64,000 nt of DNA from Somniosus microcephalus (GCA_052327205.1 JBMRGM010000036.1:26164001-26228000), one strand, 5' to 3'. Positions 15,001 through 27,593 are shown, counted from the first letter of the stretch. The notes: generated by a model from the letters alone, not told the origin. A program made the numbers and translations.

Positions 15001-18000
15001 CCATGCAGCATTCACTCCAATCATTAATTAACCTATCCACAGAACCATCCGTTCATCCAGCATTGTCTCCAACGATCAGCCAATCCATCCAGTAATTGAT
15101 AATCATTCAACATTCACTACAATCATTAATTTATCCACCCATCCATCGGTTCACTCATTCATTCAATAACTTATCCATCCAACAAACTGCAATCCAATAA
15201 TCATTCCATTATTCATCTTTTCATCACGACAACCTATCACCCAATCATTCAATAACTCCCCGCACAGCAATCCTTCCAAAAATCCATCCATCCTCTCCAC
15301 CGCCTGGCAATCCAGCACTGCCTTCAATCATTCATCCTTCTATTGAACCATCCATCACACCATCCAACCAACCAACTACCCACTCAGTGAAGCTTCTATC
15401 CAACAATCTCACCAAACACACCACAATCCATCAAATCATCAAATTCTCCATTAATCTCTCCCTCCTTCGTTTCAAAGCAGCACTGCTGAAACAACCAATC
15501 CGTTCAACTTCCCCTCGATTCATTCATCCCTTTATCAATTAAACAGCCTGCCCATCCCACAATCCCTCTGATCAACCACCCATCCGTCCAACACTCTATT
15601 CATTCATCCTTTCATCCATTGAACCAAATCTCCACCCATCACTCCCTGAATTCATTCATCCCTTTATCCGTCTCACATTCCCTCTAATCAATCAAACATC
15701 CACTCAAACTCCTCTCTTCCCTACACACTCAATATTGATTCTACTCAAACCACAGCTCTTCAATCCAGCCAGCCATCTATTCTTTCATCTCTCCATAAAT
15801 TCTACCACCTCTCCTTCCAACATTTCCTCCAATCTTTATACAATCCATCCAGATATTCAATCATCGAATACTCCCTAATGTAATTCGTTTCTTTCCATCT
15901 GTGCATTCACTCAAACTCTCATTCTTTCAACAACGCTTCTATTCAATCTCTATCATTCATCTATCCATCACCTCAACCAATCACTCATCCGTACATATCT
16001 TCACCCTCCATCACTCTCTCCAACCAGTCTCCTAACCAAACCTCCCTCCAAACATACCACAGTTCATCAATTCAAGCAATTCTCCATTCAAATCCACCTC
16101 CATTTAGTCATCATTGTTATTCTTCAAACCACTCATCCATCGAAAGTCGCCTTTACACATTCATGCCTTTATCAATTCAACGACCTTTCCATCCCAAAAT
16201 TCTTACCAATAATCCGTCCAATGAAATAACCATCCACCCAAATTTGCCTACATGCAATTATCTTCCACTCATTCAACCACCCTCTCATTCAACTTCCACA
16301 CCATCCATTCATCTGTTTATCAATTAACCTGCCTTTCTTTCCAGCAATCTCTCTGATCAACCACCCAACCATCCATACTCCCGTCATTCATGCATCACTA
16401 CATCCATTCAACTACATATCCATCTCAGGATCCCTCTAATCAATCTCCCATCCACACAACCACCTCTCTATCCAAATCTCTCTTCATTCTACTCACCATT
16501 GACTTCTCATCCATCCAGCATGTCCATTATTTTTTCAAAGCTCCATAAATTCTAACACCTCTCCTTCCAACATTGCCTCCAATAATCATTCAAACCATTC
16601 AAAATTCCATCTATACATCAACCAATCCAAACAATAAAACTTCCAGTCATCCAAAAGCGCCTCTAATCATAAATAAGTCCATCCATTGAAACTTCCATTT
16701 ATTCCACATTGCCTCCATTCATCGTTCAGTCCATCCACTGGTTATCAATAATCCAATGCTCGCTACAATTTTTTATTCTTCCATCGATTTATGTATACAT
16801 TCAAACACTCATCCATTCAAACCCCATTCTATTCAATAATCCATCATGCATCAATCCATCACCTCCACCAATCATCCATCCATTCAACACCACGCCATCC
16901 AGCACTCCTTCCAGGCATCCATATAGCCTTTCAAAAACCTGGCCCTCCAACGCTCCCTTCATTCATTCATGCATCAATTGGAAAACGCCATCATCCAACC
17001 CTCCATCCAAATATCCCACAATCCATTCACAGATCCAGCGATCCATTCAAATCTCACTCCATTTATTCACATCACCACTCATTCAACCACCCATCCAATG
17101 TCCCCTCCATTCATTTTTATCCATTCCACTGCCTGTCCATCCCAATATTTGGAACAATAGTCCATCCAATATGCATACACCTCCATTTAACTCTCCCTCC
17201 ATTCTTTCATCTCTATGCTCATTAAACCACCCATCCATCTCCCACTCCATTAATTGATTCCTTTATCAGTTCAACTAGCTTTCCATCCAATAATCCCTAT
17301 GATAACTGATCCAACCATCCATCTCTCCCTTCATTCATTCATCCCTACATCCATTCAAATGCATATCCCTCCCACATTACCTCCAATCAAACTCCCATCC
17401 ACACAAACACCTTTCTATCCAAATCTCTCTTTGCACTCAACTCTCAATCGACAAACCATCGATCCAGGACTCCCTTTATTCTTCCATTCCTCCATAAATT
17501 CAACCTCCTCACCATCAATTATTCACTTCCATTATTAATTACCACATCCACAGAATTATCCGGTCATCCACCATTGCCTCAAATGATCAACCTATCCATC
17601 CAGGAATTTCCAATCATCCAACAGTCCCTAAAATCTTTCATTGATTCATCCTTCCGTGTGTGCACTCATTCATTGAAGCACTCACCCATGCAACGCACCT
17701 GCTATTCAATAATAATTCCATTATTCATCTATTCATCCATTTATTCAACATCATCCACTCATTGATCAATTCCCCGTCCAGCATTCCTAACAAAAATCCA
17801 ACTATCCACTCCACCACCTGGCAATCCAGTGCTCCCTTCAATCATTCATCCATCGATTGAACCATGCATCTATCCATCACTCCAACTAATCATTAAAACA
17901 CCCATCCATCGACGCTATCAAACTTCTGTCCAACACTCTCGCCAAACATCCCACAATCCATCAATCAACAAATTCTCTTTTAATATCTCCTCCATCGTTT

Positions 18001-21000
18001 CACAACTGCATTGATTAAACAACCAATCCGTTCAATTTCCCCTTGAGTCATTCATCCCTTTAACAATAAACCTCCCTGCCTATCCCACAATCCCTCTGAC
18101 CAACCAGACATCCCTCCAGCACTCCATTTATTCATTCATGCCACAAATCCCTTAAACCAAATCTCCACTCCTCACTCCCCAGAATCACTTATACTTTATC
18201 AACTCAATTTCCTCTCCATCTCACAATCCCTCTAATCAATCACACATCCACTCAACCTTCTCTCTATCCAACACATTCACTATTGATTCTTCTCTCAAAC
18301 TACAGCTCAGCAATCCAATGCGCCCTCTATTCTTTTAACTGTATATATTCTACCGTCTCTCCATCCAACATTACCTCGAATAATCATTCAATCCATCCAT
18401 AATTCATTCCAAACATCAATCAAGCAATCCAAGCAACAAACCATCCATTCATCCAAAAGCGCCTCCAATCATAAATTAATCCATCAATTGAAACGTCCAT
18501 TTATTCAACATTGCCTCCAATCATCATTCAGTCCTTCCACTGGTTATCAATAATCCAATACTCTCTTCAATTATTCATTTTTCCATCGAATTGTGCATTC
18601 ATCCAAACTCTCATCCATTCAAAACCTATTCTATTCCATAATCCATCACCTCCATTAATCACACGTCCATTCAACATCACAGCATCCAGCACTCCTGCAA
18701 GACACCCATCTAGCCAATGAAACACCTGGCCTTCCAGCGCTCCCTTCAATCATTCATCCATCCATTGGAAAACACATTTATCCACCTCTCCCTCCAAACC
18801 TCCCACAATCCAGTCATCAAACAGTTATCCATTCAGTTCTCCCTCCATTCATTCACATCGCCACTCTTTAAACCACCCATCCAATAACACCTCCACTCAT
18901 TCATCCCTTTATCAATTCAACTACCATTCCATCCCGAAATTCTGCCCAATAATGCATTCAATCAAATAAACGTCCATGCAACTCTCCCTACATGCATTTA
19001 TATTCCACTCAATCACCCACCCTCTCATTCAACTTAAACACCATTCATTCATCCACTTATCAATTAAACTGCCTTTCTATCCAACAATCTCCCTGGTCAA
19101 AGATCCAACCATCCATCAGTCCCTTCATTCATTCATTCATCCCTACATCCATTAAACTATATGTCCATCTCACAATCCCTCGAATCAATAAACCATCCAT
19201 TCAAAAATCTCTATCCAATACTTCTCTATTCCTTCTACTCTCAATCAAATGATCATCCACCCTGCCCACTCTCTATTGTTTCAGCTTTCCAAAAATTCAA
19301 CCTCTTCTCAATTCAACAAACCTTCCAATAATCTATCAATCCATACACGGAACCAATTGTTCAACATTCCCTCCAATCATCAACTGACTTACAATCATCC
19401 AACACTCCCGACAATCTTTCATTTACAGTCATTCATTCATTCATTCATTCAAATACTCATCCACTCAACACCCTGCTATTTAATGATCATTACATTATTC
19501 ATTGTCATTTCTTTTCTTGCCATTATTTATCGAATCAACCAATCATCCATTCATGAACTCTCAATTCAGCATTCCTTCCAAACATCTGTCCATCCAGTAA
19601 CGCACCTTGCCTTCCAACACTCCCTTCAATCATTCTTGTATCGATTGAACCACCATCCATTCATCACACTCTCCAACTATCCAAGCCTCCACCCATTCAC
19701 TCAGCTATGCTCTCTATTCTTTAATCCCTCCAGGATTGAACCACCTCTCCACCCAACATTGCCTCCAATCATCAAACAGTCCATACACTGAATTCCATTC
19801 ATCCAAATCTCCCCAGAATCATTCATTTATGCATTCATTCAAACTCGCATCCATTCAAAACCTCTTCTGTTGAATCATCCGTCTCTCCCTCCAATAATTC
19901 ATCCATCCATCTAACCAGTTTTCTAAGCAAGCCTCCATTCAAATCTACCATAATCCATCCATTCAAACAATTATCCATTCAACTCTCCCTCCATTATTTG
20001 CATTGCCTCACTTTGGTCCACCCATTAATCTAAATTCCCCTTCATTCATTATTCCCTTTATTAATTCAGCTACCTGTTCATCGCACAAATCTGATCAACC
20101 ATCCATCCATTCAACTTCCCATCCATCCAACTCTCCCAACTCTCCCTCCATTCAATCAACTCTCTGCTCATTCAACCACCCATCCAACTCCCATGCCTTT
20201 ATTTCATTCCTTTATCAGTTCAACAAACTTTCCATCCAACAATCCCTATGATAACCAAACCAAACATCCATCTCTCCCTTCATTCATTCATTCATCCCTA
20301 CATCCATTCAACTGCACATCCATCTCACAATTCATCTAATCAAACTCCCATCCACACAAATACCTCTATCCACATCCTTGTATTCACTCTACTCTCAATC
20401 GACAACCCATCAATCGAGCATGCCCATTAATCTTCCATGCCTCCATAAATTCAAAGGCCTCTCCATCCAGCATTCCTGACAATCATTAATTAACCCATCG
20501 ACAGAACCATCCGTTCATCCATCATTTCCTCCAACGATCAGCCAATCCATCCAGTAATTTCCAATCATTCAACATTCCATGCAATCATTAATTTATCCAT
20601 CCTTCCATCGGATCACTCATTCATTCAAGCACTCACCCATTCCACAACCGCCTATTCAATAATCATTCCATTGTTCATCTATTCATCACAGCAACATATA
20701 ATTCACTCATTGAAGGACGATCCATCCAGCAACCCTCCAAACAGCCAGCCATCCCCACTCCATCACCTAGCAATACAGTGTTCCCTTCAATTATTGAACC
20801 ATCCATTTTTCCATCACTTCATCCAACCATTCAAAAACCATCCATCCACACAATCAGGCTTCCATCGAAAACTCTCCCCAAATATCCTAAAGCTCATCAG
20901 TTAATCAAGTGCTCCATTAATCTCCTCCTCCATCGGTTCACATCACCATTGATTAAACCACCAAACCGTGCAATTTCCCCTCGATTCATTCATCCCTTCA

Positions 21001-21801
21001 TCAATTAAACAGCCTGTCCAACCCACAAACCCTCTGATCAACCATCCATCCGTCCATCATTCTATTCATTCATCTTTTAATCCATTTAATCAAATCTCCA
21101 CCCATCACTCCTTGGATTAATTTATCCTTTCTCCATTCAACTGCCTAAACATCTCTCATTCCCTCGAATCAATCACACATCCACTCAAACTCCTCTTTCC
21201 AGCATACTCAGTATTTGATTCTACTCTCAAACCACAGCTCATCAATCCAGTGTGCTCTCGATTCATTTATCTCTCCATAAATTCTACCACCACTCCATCC
21301 AACATTTCCTCCAATCATCGAACATTCCATCCACTGGTATGCAACCATCGAATACTCCCTACTGTTATTCATTTTTCCATCGACTTATGCATTAATTCAA
21401 CCTCTCATCCTTTCAGCACTTCTTCTATTCAATAGTCCAACATTCATCTATCCATTACCTCAAAAATCACTCATTCGCAGATTGCGTCCATCCATCACTC
21501 CCTCTGACCATCCAACCATCCGTCAATGCAACCAATCTTCCACCCACCCTCCCTCCCACCATACCACAATTCATCTATTCAACTCTCCCTCCATTCAATT
21601 AACATTGCTATTCTTCAAAACACACATTCATTCATCCCTTTGTCAATTCAACTACCTTTCCATCCCAAAATTCTGACCAATATTGCATGCAATCAAATAA
21701 CCATCACCCAAGTCTACCAACATGCATTTAACTTCCATTCATTCAACCACCCTCTCATGCAACTTCCACACCATTCATTCATCAGTTACCAATTAACCTG
21801 C
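1..21801. repeat. Complex degenerate CATC/CATT-rich satellite-like array, domain 1 (left part)
   Basis: G-poor plus strand dominated by tcca/ttca/atca. The landmark 'cc(a)gcattgcctc(c/a)aa(c/t)gatcag' recurs near 4005, 5933, 9658, 12007, 15054, 17566 and 20516. Paralogous translated blocks are visible in the ORF track (2997 vs 16709; 4901/12908/18511; 9158 vs 14548). Interrupted by a LINE at 1738-2346. Confidence 0.92.
1738..2346 (-). mobile_element. 5'-truncated non-LTR retrotransposon (CR1/L2-group LINE): end of ORF2 plus 3' UTR
   Basis: Abrupt switch to G-rich sequence. Minus-strand translation gives YKSQVRSMMEYSPLAWMSAAPTTL and, after a frameshift, KLDTIQDKVARLIG, typical of the post-RT region of CR1-group ORF2. 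It ends in an A-rich tail (ATGAATAAAAACATTTTTAAAAAAA on minus). The empty paralogous site is at ~11431-11470 (caaacctccattcaaat-aaac-cataacccatccattcaaac). Confidence 0.85.
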
Positions 21802-22015
21802 TGTAGTGTATGTACCTTTAAGGGGAGAACTACTTTTTACAGCTCCTGTATACTGTAGTACAGGCAGTGACCACACCTGTATATAAACCCTGAGTAGGGA
21901 TCTGTATGATTAGTTTTAGAGTAACCCTCATCCAGTAAACACCTGTTGATTGTTCCCTGCAGTCCCGTGTCTAGTTATTGAAGGACACACAACATCAAAA
22001 TACACAGATCTAACA
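21802..22015 (+). repeat. 5' LTR (214 bp)
   Basis: TGTAGTG...CTAACA; direct repeat of 27380-27593 with 8 mismatches by manual count; TATATAAA at 21880-21887; AGTAAA possible poly(A) signal variant at 21934-21939. Confidence 0.96.
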
Positions 22016-22016
22016 T

Positions 22017-22027
22017 TGGCGACGAGG
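22017..22027 (+). promoter_or_regulatory. Primer-binding site, tRNA-Ser(GCT) type
   Basis: TGGCGACGAGG, one base after the LTR end, is the complement of the ...CCTCGTCG-CCA 3' end of vertebrate tRNA-Ser(GCT) as I recall it. Confidence 0.8.
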
Positions 22028-22302
22028 CAGATTCGAACCTACCTGCAACTCTGCATCACCTCCCAGGGATTCGCTCCTGGAGAACAGTGGAAGAAGGTCG
22101 AGTCCAGAGGCACGGGGGTCGACCACGAGCAACTGCCCAGTCATCCAGTGGAGATTTGAGCATTGCAGGGGAGGCTGTTGAGAGCTGGGCTTGGTTCTCC
22201 AGTCACGGTGGTCCAGCGAAATGGGCTGGCAACAGGTACGGTGCAGACCCTTCCCAGACAGTGGCGGCTAGAGCCGACCGATGGCACAGAAAAGGCAGAG
22301 CA

Positions 22303-22690
22303 GCATCGATGGGAGAAGAGAGGGTAGAGCGCACAGGGCACAGCTGGTGTTCAGGACCGAGTGGCATCGACGGGAGAAGAGAGAGGGTAGAGTGCACAGG
22401 ACGCGGCCGGTTTACAGGACCGAACGGCATCGATGGGAGAAGAGAGAGAGGCGTGAAGGAAAATGCGCAGAGCGCAGCCGGTGTTCAAGGGACAAGCAGC
22501 GTCAGCGGGGAAGAAAGGGAAATGCGCAGAGCGCAGCCGGTGTTCAAGGGCTGAGCAGCCGCAGCGGAGAAGAAGGGAGAGCATGGGAAATGCCATTTTG
22601 AGCTGCAGCGGAGAAGAAGGGAGAGCGCGGGAAAACGCCATTTTGAGGCGCAAGAAGAAGGGAGAGCATGGGAAAACGCCATTTTGAGCC
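22303..22690 (+). repeat. Purine-rich tandem repeats in the Gypsy 5' leader
   Basis: ~61-63 bp unit starting 'gcatcga(t/c)gggagaagag' at 22303, 22364, 22427; 'aaatgcgcagagcgcagccggtgttcaaggg' twice (~22460, ~22520); ~42-bp unit ending 'gccattttgag' three times (22592, 22637, 22678). Confidence 0.88.
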
Positions 22691-22709
22691 AGTCTAACCA
22701 CACCCAGGG

Positions 22710-24279
22710 ATGCCGAAGAGTTGCAGTATCACAGCGTTCGACAATGAAGTCGAAGATTGGACGACATATGTCGAACGCATAGAAGTGTACTGCAAGGTGA
22801 ATGAAGTGCCAGATGAGAGGAAAGTGCTGGTATTGTTGAATTCAATGGGTGCAAAACCATATGGCTTACTGCGAAACCTACTAACCCCAGAGAAGCCAGT
22901 AGAAAAGGATTTTGGAAACATAGGCTTAGAAATTCAGTCGCGTTTGCGCCCACTTATTGGCTATAGAGTGGTTTGCGACGGAAGTTTTTTAGCGCCCGAA
23001 ATTCAGTTGGTCCCTAACATCAGCGTTAGCCGGTAGCGCTGTGCCGGCACCGATGACATCATCGGTGTGCACAGCGCCCCGGTTCCAATGCTATTCCGTG
23101 CCGATGGGCAAATTCAGTTGCGGCTGCCTCGCCCGTAGCGGCCGCAAACAGCGTTTGAAAAACGGTGCCTTGCAGCTCCAAGAGGCCGGCGCATAAAGGT
23201 GGAGGGGTGGCCGGCCGCTTTCCCAGCGGCCGCCTGGCCGCACCTCCCTCCCCGGACTCCTGCACCACCCCCCGCGGCATTGGTGTCTGACTCCCGCGAG
23301 CCCGGCACTTCTCCGTGGTGCCGGGCTCATTTGCCGGGGGAATCCAGCGGTGATCTCACGGCTGCAGGCAGCTCCTCCTTAAGAGAAGGAGGAGGCCTAC
23401 AGTACCCCAGCCTGCCGCACCGCATCGGGTGCCGCAGCGGCAGCTGGACGCCTGAAACTGACTTTCATCACCCCAAACGAGGCGGCCAAACCCTGCAATA
23501 GCGCCCGCCTCCGTCTTGGGGTGGCGCAACTGAATTTCAGGCGGGCACTACGGGAATCCGGGTGAGCGCAAAATTTCGGGCACTAAAGACCTGGCGCGGC
23601 GATACCGAATTTTTAGCCCATTGTGTCAATCCTACAGGACCACTTAAACCCCACACCACTACTGATAGCAGAAAGATTTAAGTTTCACAAAAGGAACCAG
23701 CATAAGGATGAAAGTAATGCTGAGTATTTAACGGAACTGCGCAAGCTATCGAAACACTGCCAGTTTGGAATGGGACTAGCAGGTACTTTGAGGGACAAGT
23801 TTGTGTGTGTGCTTCAAAGTGAAGTAACCCAGAAACGGTTTCTATCAGAAAAGGATCTTACGCTGGACAAGGCTTTCAGCATGGCAGTATCACACGAAGC
23901 AGCTGCATGGGGTGTTGCAGAGATACAATGGAGACCGCAAGAATATGGCACAAATGAAATGTCATACGGAAGAGCGAAGTGCTATCGCTGCGGCAGAACA
24001 ACACACGACCATAATGATTGCTGGTTCAAGGACAAAGTGTGCAGACAGTGTGGAAAAGTAGGACACATAGCAAGAGTCTGCAGGTCAGGAAAGAAAACCA
24101 GCAACAAGAAATCTCCACAGGAGAAGTACAAGAAGGTACATAAGGTGACTGAGAGTAGTTCAGACGAACAGAAAAGTGATACAGACTCCGGAAGCAAGGA
24201 GCTGGGGTGTCTGAAACTACATAAGGTGATCAAAATGGAGGATCACCAAACTATCTGGGTCACGCGCAAGATAGCTTGA
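22710..24279 (+). pseudogene. gag: Gypsy gag, split by a 700-bp insertion
   Basis: N-part FDNEVEDWTTYVERIEVY...YGLLRNLLTPEKP; C-part VSILQDHLNPTPLLIAERFKFHKRNQ...LRDKFVCVL; knuckles CYRCGRTTHDHNDC and CRQCGKVGHIARVC. Removing 22922-23621 rejoins the halves in frame (GGA AAC ATT GTG TCA = G N I V S). Confidence 0.92.
22922..23619. mobile_element. Non-autonomous DNA transposon (MITE-like, possibly PIF/Harbinger-type) nested in gag
   Basis: GC/CpG-rich. Imperfect TIRs: left GGCTTAGAAATTCAGT versus right ACCGAATTTTTAGCCC. Short target duplication (exact CAT at 22919-22921 and 23619-23621, or ATA/ATT depending on boundary choice). No transposase ORF. Confidence 0.82.
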
Positions 24280-27200
24280 GTCCAAGTGAAAATGGAATTG
24301 TAAACAGGATCAGCCCTAACAGTCATAAACCGAAGGGACTACAAGCGGCTATTCTCACATATACCCTTGAGAGATACAGAGATTGTCTTGAAGATGTACA
24401 CGGGGCAAAAAGTCTACTCCAAAGGAAAAATAAGGGTGTACGTTATATATAACGCAAGGAAACACCAAAAATGGATCTATATGTATTGCCAGATGGAGGA
24501 CCACCACTACTAGGATGTGAATGGATCCAGAACATACAGCTAGATTGGCATCCCCTAAAAGCACTGACTGTAGATGCCAAAAAGGATGATGACGCCACAC
24601 CTGGACGATTGTCAAAAATGCTAACTGATGCAAAAGAAGTGTTCCAGGAGGGAATTGGAACACTAAAAGGCATAACAGCGACGATCAAAATAGAGGAAAA
24701 TGCAAGCCCAGCCGTTGAAGCAGAGCTGGAAGGTTTGAAACGTTCTGGAGTACTGTCCAAAGTGGACTGGAGAGAGTGGGCCACACCCATCATTCCTGTA
24801 ATGAAGAGGTTGTTGATTAATACGCCTGGGGAACCAAAGAAGGTTCGCATCTGTGGGGACTTTAAGGTGACAGTGAACTCAGTACTTCACACGGTACAAT
24901 ATCAGCTTCCGCGGATTGAAGATATTTTTGCCTCGCTATCTGGAGGGAAATGCTTCACTAAGATTGATCTGGCCCAGGCGTACCTGCAAATGGAGGTAGA
25001 AGAAGCCTCGAAACAGTACCTCACGATCAACACTCATAAAGGTCTCTACCAAGACAACCGGCTGGTGTTCGGGGTAGCATCAGCTCCGGCAATTTGGCAA
25101 AGGACAATGGATCAAGTCCTGCAAGGGATTCCAGGGACCCTGTGTTATTTGGACGACATCCAGGTCACGGGCGAAAATGATAGTGATCACCTTGCCAACC
25201 TGGAGCAGGTGCTCACTAGATTGAAGGAATATGGGCTCTGAGCAAATCGCCGCAAATGCGAGTTTTTCCAGAAGCAGATCTCGTATTGTGGCCACGTTAC
25301 TGGTGAAGAGGGGGTACAGAAGTCCCCTGAAAAGATTGAGGCAGTAGTCAAGGCTCCAGCACCGGAAAATGTGTCACAACTGAGGTCGTTCCTCGGGCTG
25401 GTGAACTACTACCATAAGTTCTTGCCGAATTTGTCTACAGTACTACACCCACTGAACACCCTACTGCAAACGGGGGTACCATGGAAGTGGAATGATGAAT
25501 GTAAATGAGCTTTCCAGAAGTGCAAAGAATTGATCACATCAAAAGAGGTGTTGGCTCATTTCAACCCTGCACTATCAATTCGGTTGGCGTATGATGCATC
25601 ACCCTATGGCATTGGAGCGGTGCTGTCGCACAAGTTCCTGGACTGCTCGACAAGGCCGGTAGCCTTTGCGTCTCGGTCATAACCTCAGCTGAGCATAACT
25701 ACGCCCAGATTGACAGGGAGGCCCTCAGCCTTGTGTGGGGAGTGAAAAAGTTCAACCACTATCTGCACGGGCAGAAGTTCACCTTGCTGACTGACCACCA
25801 ACCACTTGTCTCTATCTTTAATCCAAAAAATGGCGTTCCGGTGATGACTGCACAACGGCTACAAAGATGTTCCCTTTTTCTAGGGGTGAACCAATATGAA
25901 ATCAAGTATGAGGGCACGAAACAGCATGGAAACGCTGATGAGCTATCACGCCTGCCACTGCCTACTGCGGAGGAAGCACCAGCAGTGGACCCTGTCAAAA
26001 TATTTTACTCGACTATAATTGAACGCTTGCCAGTAACTAACGCTTATATAGAGGAGACCCAAAATGACCCAACACTGTCTCGGGTTTATGATTTGATGGT
26101 GAAGGGATGGCCAGCACATGGCGACTCACTGTTGCCAGCATTCTCATCCAGAAGAGAACAGCTGTCAGTATGCCAGGGGACCTTGATGTGTGGATCCCGA
26201 GTGGTAATTCCACCTAAGGTAAGGGAGAGAGTGCTAAATGAGCTTCACGAAGGCCATCTGGGAGGGGTGAAAAAGAAAAGCCTTGCTAGGGCTTATGTGT
26301 GGTGGCGGGGGGGGATCGATCAGCAAATTGAGGACCTGACAAAGAGCTGCTCAGGATGCCAGTAGGTCCAAAATGCACCACCACATGCCCCTCTACTCCA
26401 ATGGGAGTGGCCCTCATCTCCATGGCAACGGGTGCATATTGATTTTGCTGGTCCATTCATGGACTCATTGTTTCTAACAGCCGTGGATGCGCACTCGAAA
26501 TGGCATGAGGTGATCAAAATGTCGTCCACCACCACGGAGAAAACTATTCGTCCTACGGACCACATTTGCCAGGAACGGCTTGCCAGAGCAGATTTGCTCT
26601 GATAATGGACCACAGTTTGTGTCCGAAGAGTTTCGAAGATTCATGAAAAGGAATGGGGTAAGACATTACACATCCGCCCCGTATCATCCAGCCACAAATG
26701 GATTGGCTGAGAGTTTCGTACAAACCTTTAAGAAAGCAGTAAGGGCCATGTGAGATGATGACATTCCACTGCAGCATAAGGTGGACAATTTCCTGTTAGC
26801 CAACAGAAATGCGACACATGCAGTCACCAACCAGACCCCGGCCATGATGTTCTTTAACCGAAGGTTAAGATCTCGTCTGGATTTGCTCAGACCAAATGTA
26901 TGAAGAGATGTTGAGAATACGCAATTCCAGCACATCAATGAGAAGCCGACAAGGAGCTTCAATGTAGGGCAACCAGGCTTGGCCCGTGACTACCGAACAG
27001 AGAAATGGCAACCAGGAACGATATGCACATGGCAGGGGCCACTAATGTACACAGTGGATGTTGGGGAGAACATTGTGAGACGCCATGTCGACCAGATGCT
27101 AGAGTCACAGGAATGAGTCAACCCCATGTCTCGTGCACCTGGTGATGAAGCTGACATACAGGTACCATCTACCCCAGAAACAGTAGCATCGGAAGCTGAT

Positions 27201-27293
27201 GACGACAGGGGGCCTCCACACTAAGAGCAAGACACTCAGGAAAGGCGCTATCCAGAATGGATCAGGAAGCTGCCCCAAAGACTGAATTTATAA
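24250..27293 (+). pseudogene. pol: Gypsy pol (protease, RT, RNase H, integrase) with stops and frameshifts
   Basis: Protease motif reads MEL*TGSA (catalytic Asp codon is now TAA, 24301). RT: WATPIIPV, RICGDFKVTVN, KIDLAQAYLQ, RLVFGVASAPAIWQ, YLDDI. RNase H: DASPYGIGAVL, TDHQPL, NADELSRLP. Integrase: HEGHLG...CSGC, HIDFAGP, SDNGPQF, NGLAESFV. Ends RRYP...PQRLNL* at 27293. Confidence 0.94.
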
Positions 27294-27365
27294 ATGGACT
27301 ATTTTCAGTTAATGTGCATGTTAATAGTGTTAATTGTTAAATGAATGTTATGGTACTGTTAATCT

Positions 27366-27378
27366 AAAAGGGGAGGAA
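27366..27378 (+). promoter_or_regulatory. Polypurine tract
   Basis: AAAAGGGGAGGAA immediately upstream of the 3' LTR. Confidence 0.9.
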
Positions 27379-27379
27379 T

Positions 27380-27593
27380 TGTAGTGTATGTACCTTTAAG
27401 GGGAGAACTACTTTTTACAGCTCCTGTATACTGTAGTACCGGCAGTGACCACACCTGTATATAAACCCCGAGTAGGGATCTGTACATTTAGTTTTAGAGG
27501 AACCCTCATCCAGTAAACACCTGTTGATTGTTCCCTGCAGTCTCGTGTCTAGTTATTGAAGGACACACAACATCAAAATACACGGATCTAACA
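27380..27593 (+). repeat. 3' LTR (214 bp)
   Basis: Direct repeat of 21802-22015, followed by the TSD CCTGC. Confidence 0.96.

Larger units (their letters stand above)
21802..27593 (+). mobile_element. Full-length, mutationally inactivated Ty3/Gypsy LTR retrotransposon (probably Mag-like group)
   Basis: Two 214-bp TG...CA LTRs, 5-bp target-site duplication CCTGC (21797-21801 and 27594-27598), PBS, PPT, and domain order gag-PR-RT-RNaseH-IN. Two CCHC knuckles, gag and PR in one frame and the TGGCGACGAG PBS fit Mag-like elements. Confidence 0.96.

Noticed and set aside
22017-22090. tRNA gene or tRNA-derived SINE on the minus strand
   Set aside because: Only the 3' ~26 nt are tRNA-like. No D-arm, anticodon arm or A-box is evident, and the encoded CCA and position next to the LTR identify it as a PBS.
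23059-23501. Several overlapping ORFs within the GC-rich insertion
   Set aside because: These are stop-poor GC-rich frames with no transposase or other recognisable motif.
26900-27365. env-like gene or chromodomain after the integrase
   Set aside because: The region is the ordinary integrase C-terminal tail followed by ~70 bp of AT-rich UTR and the PPT, leaving no room or motifs for either.
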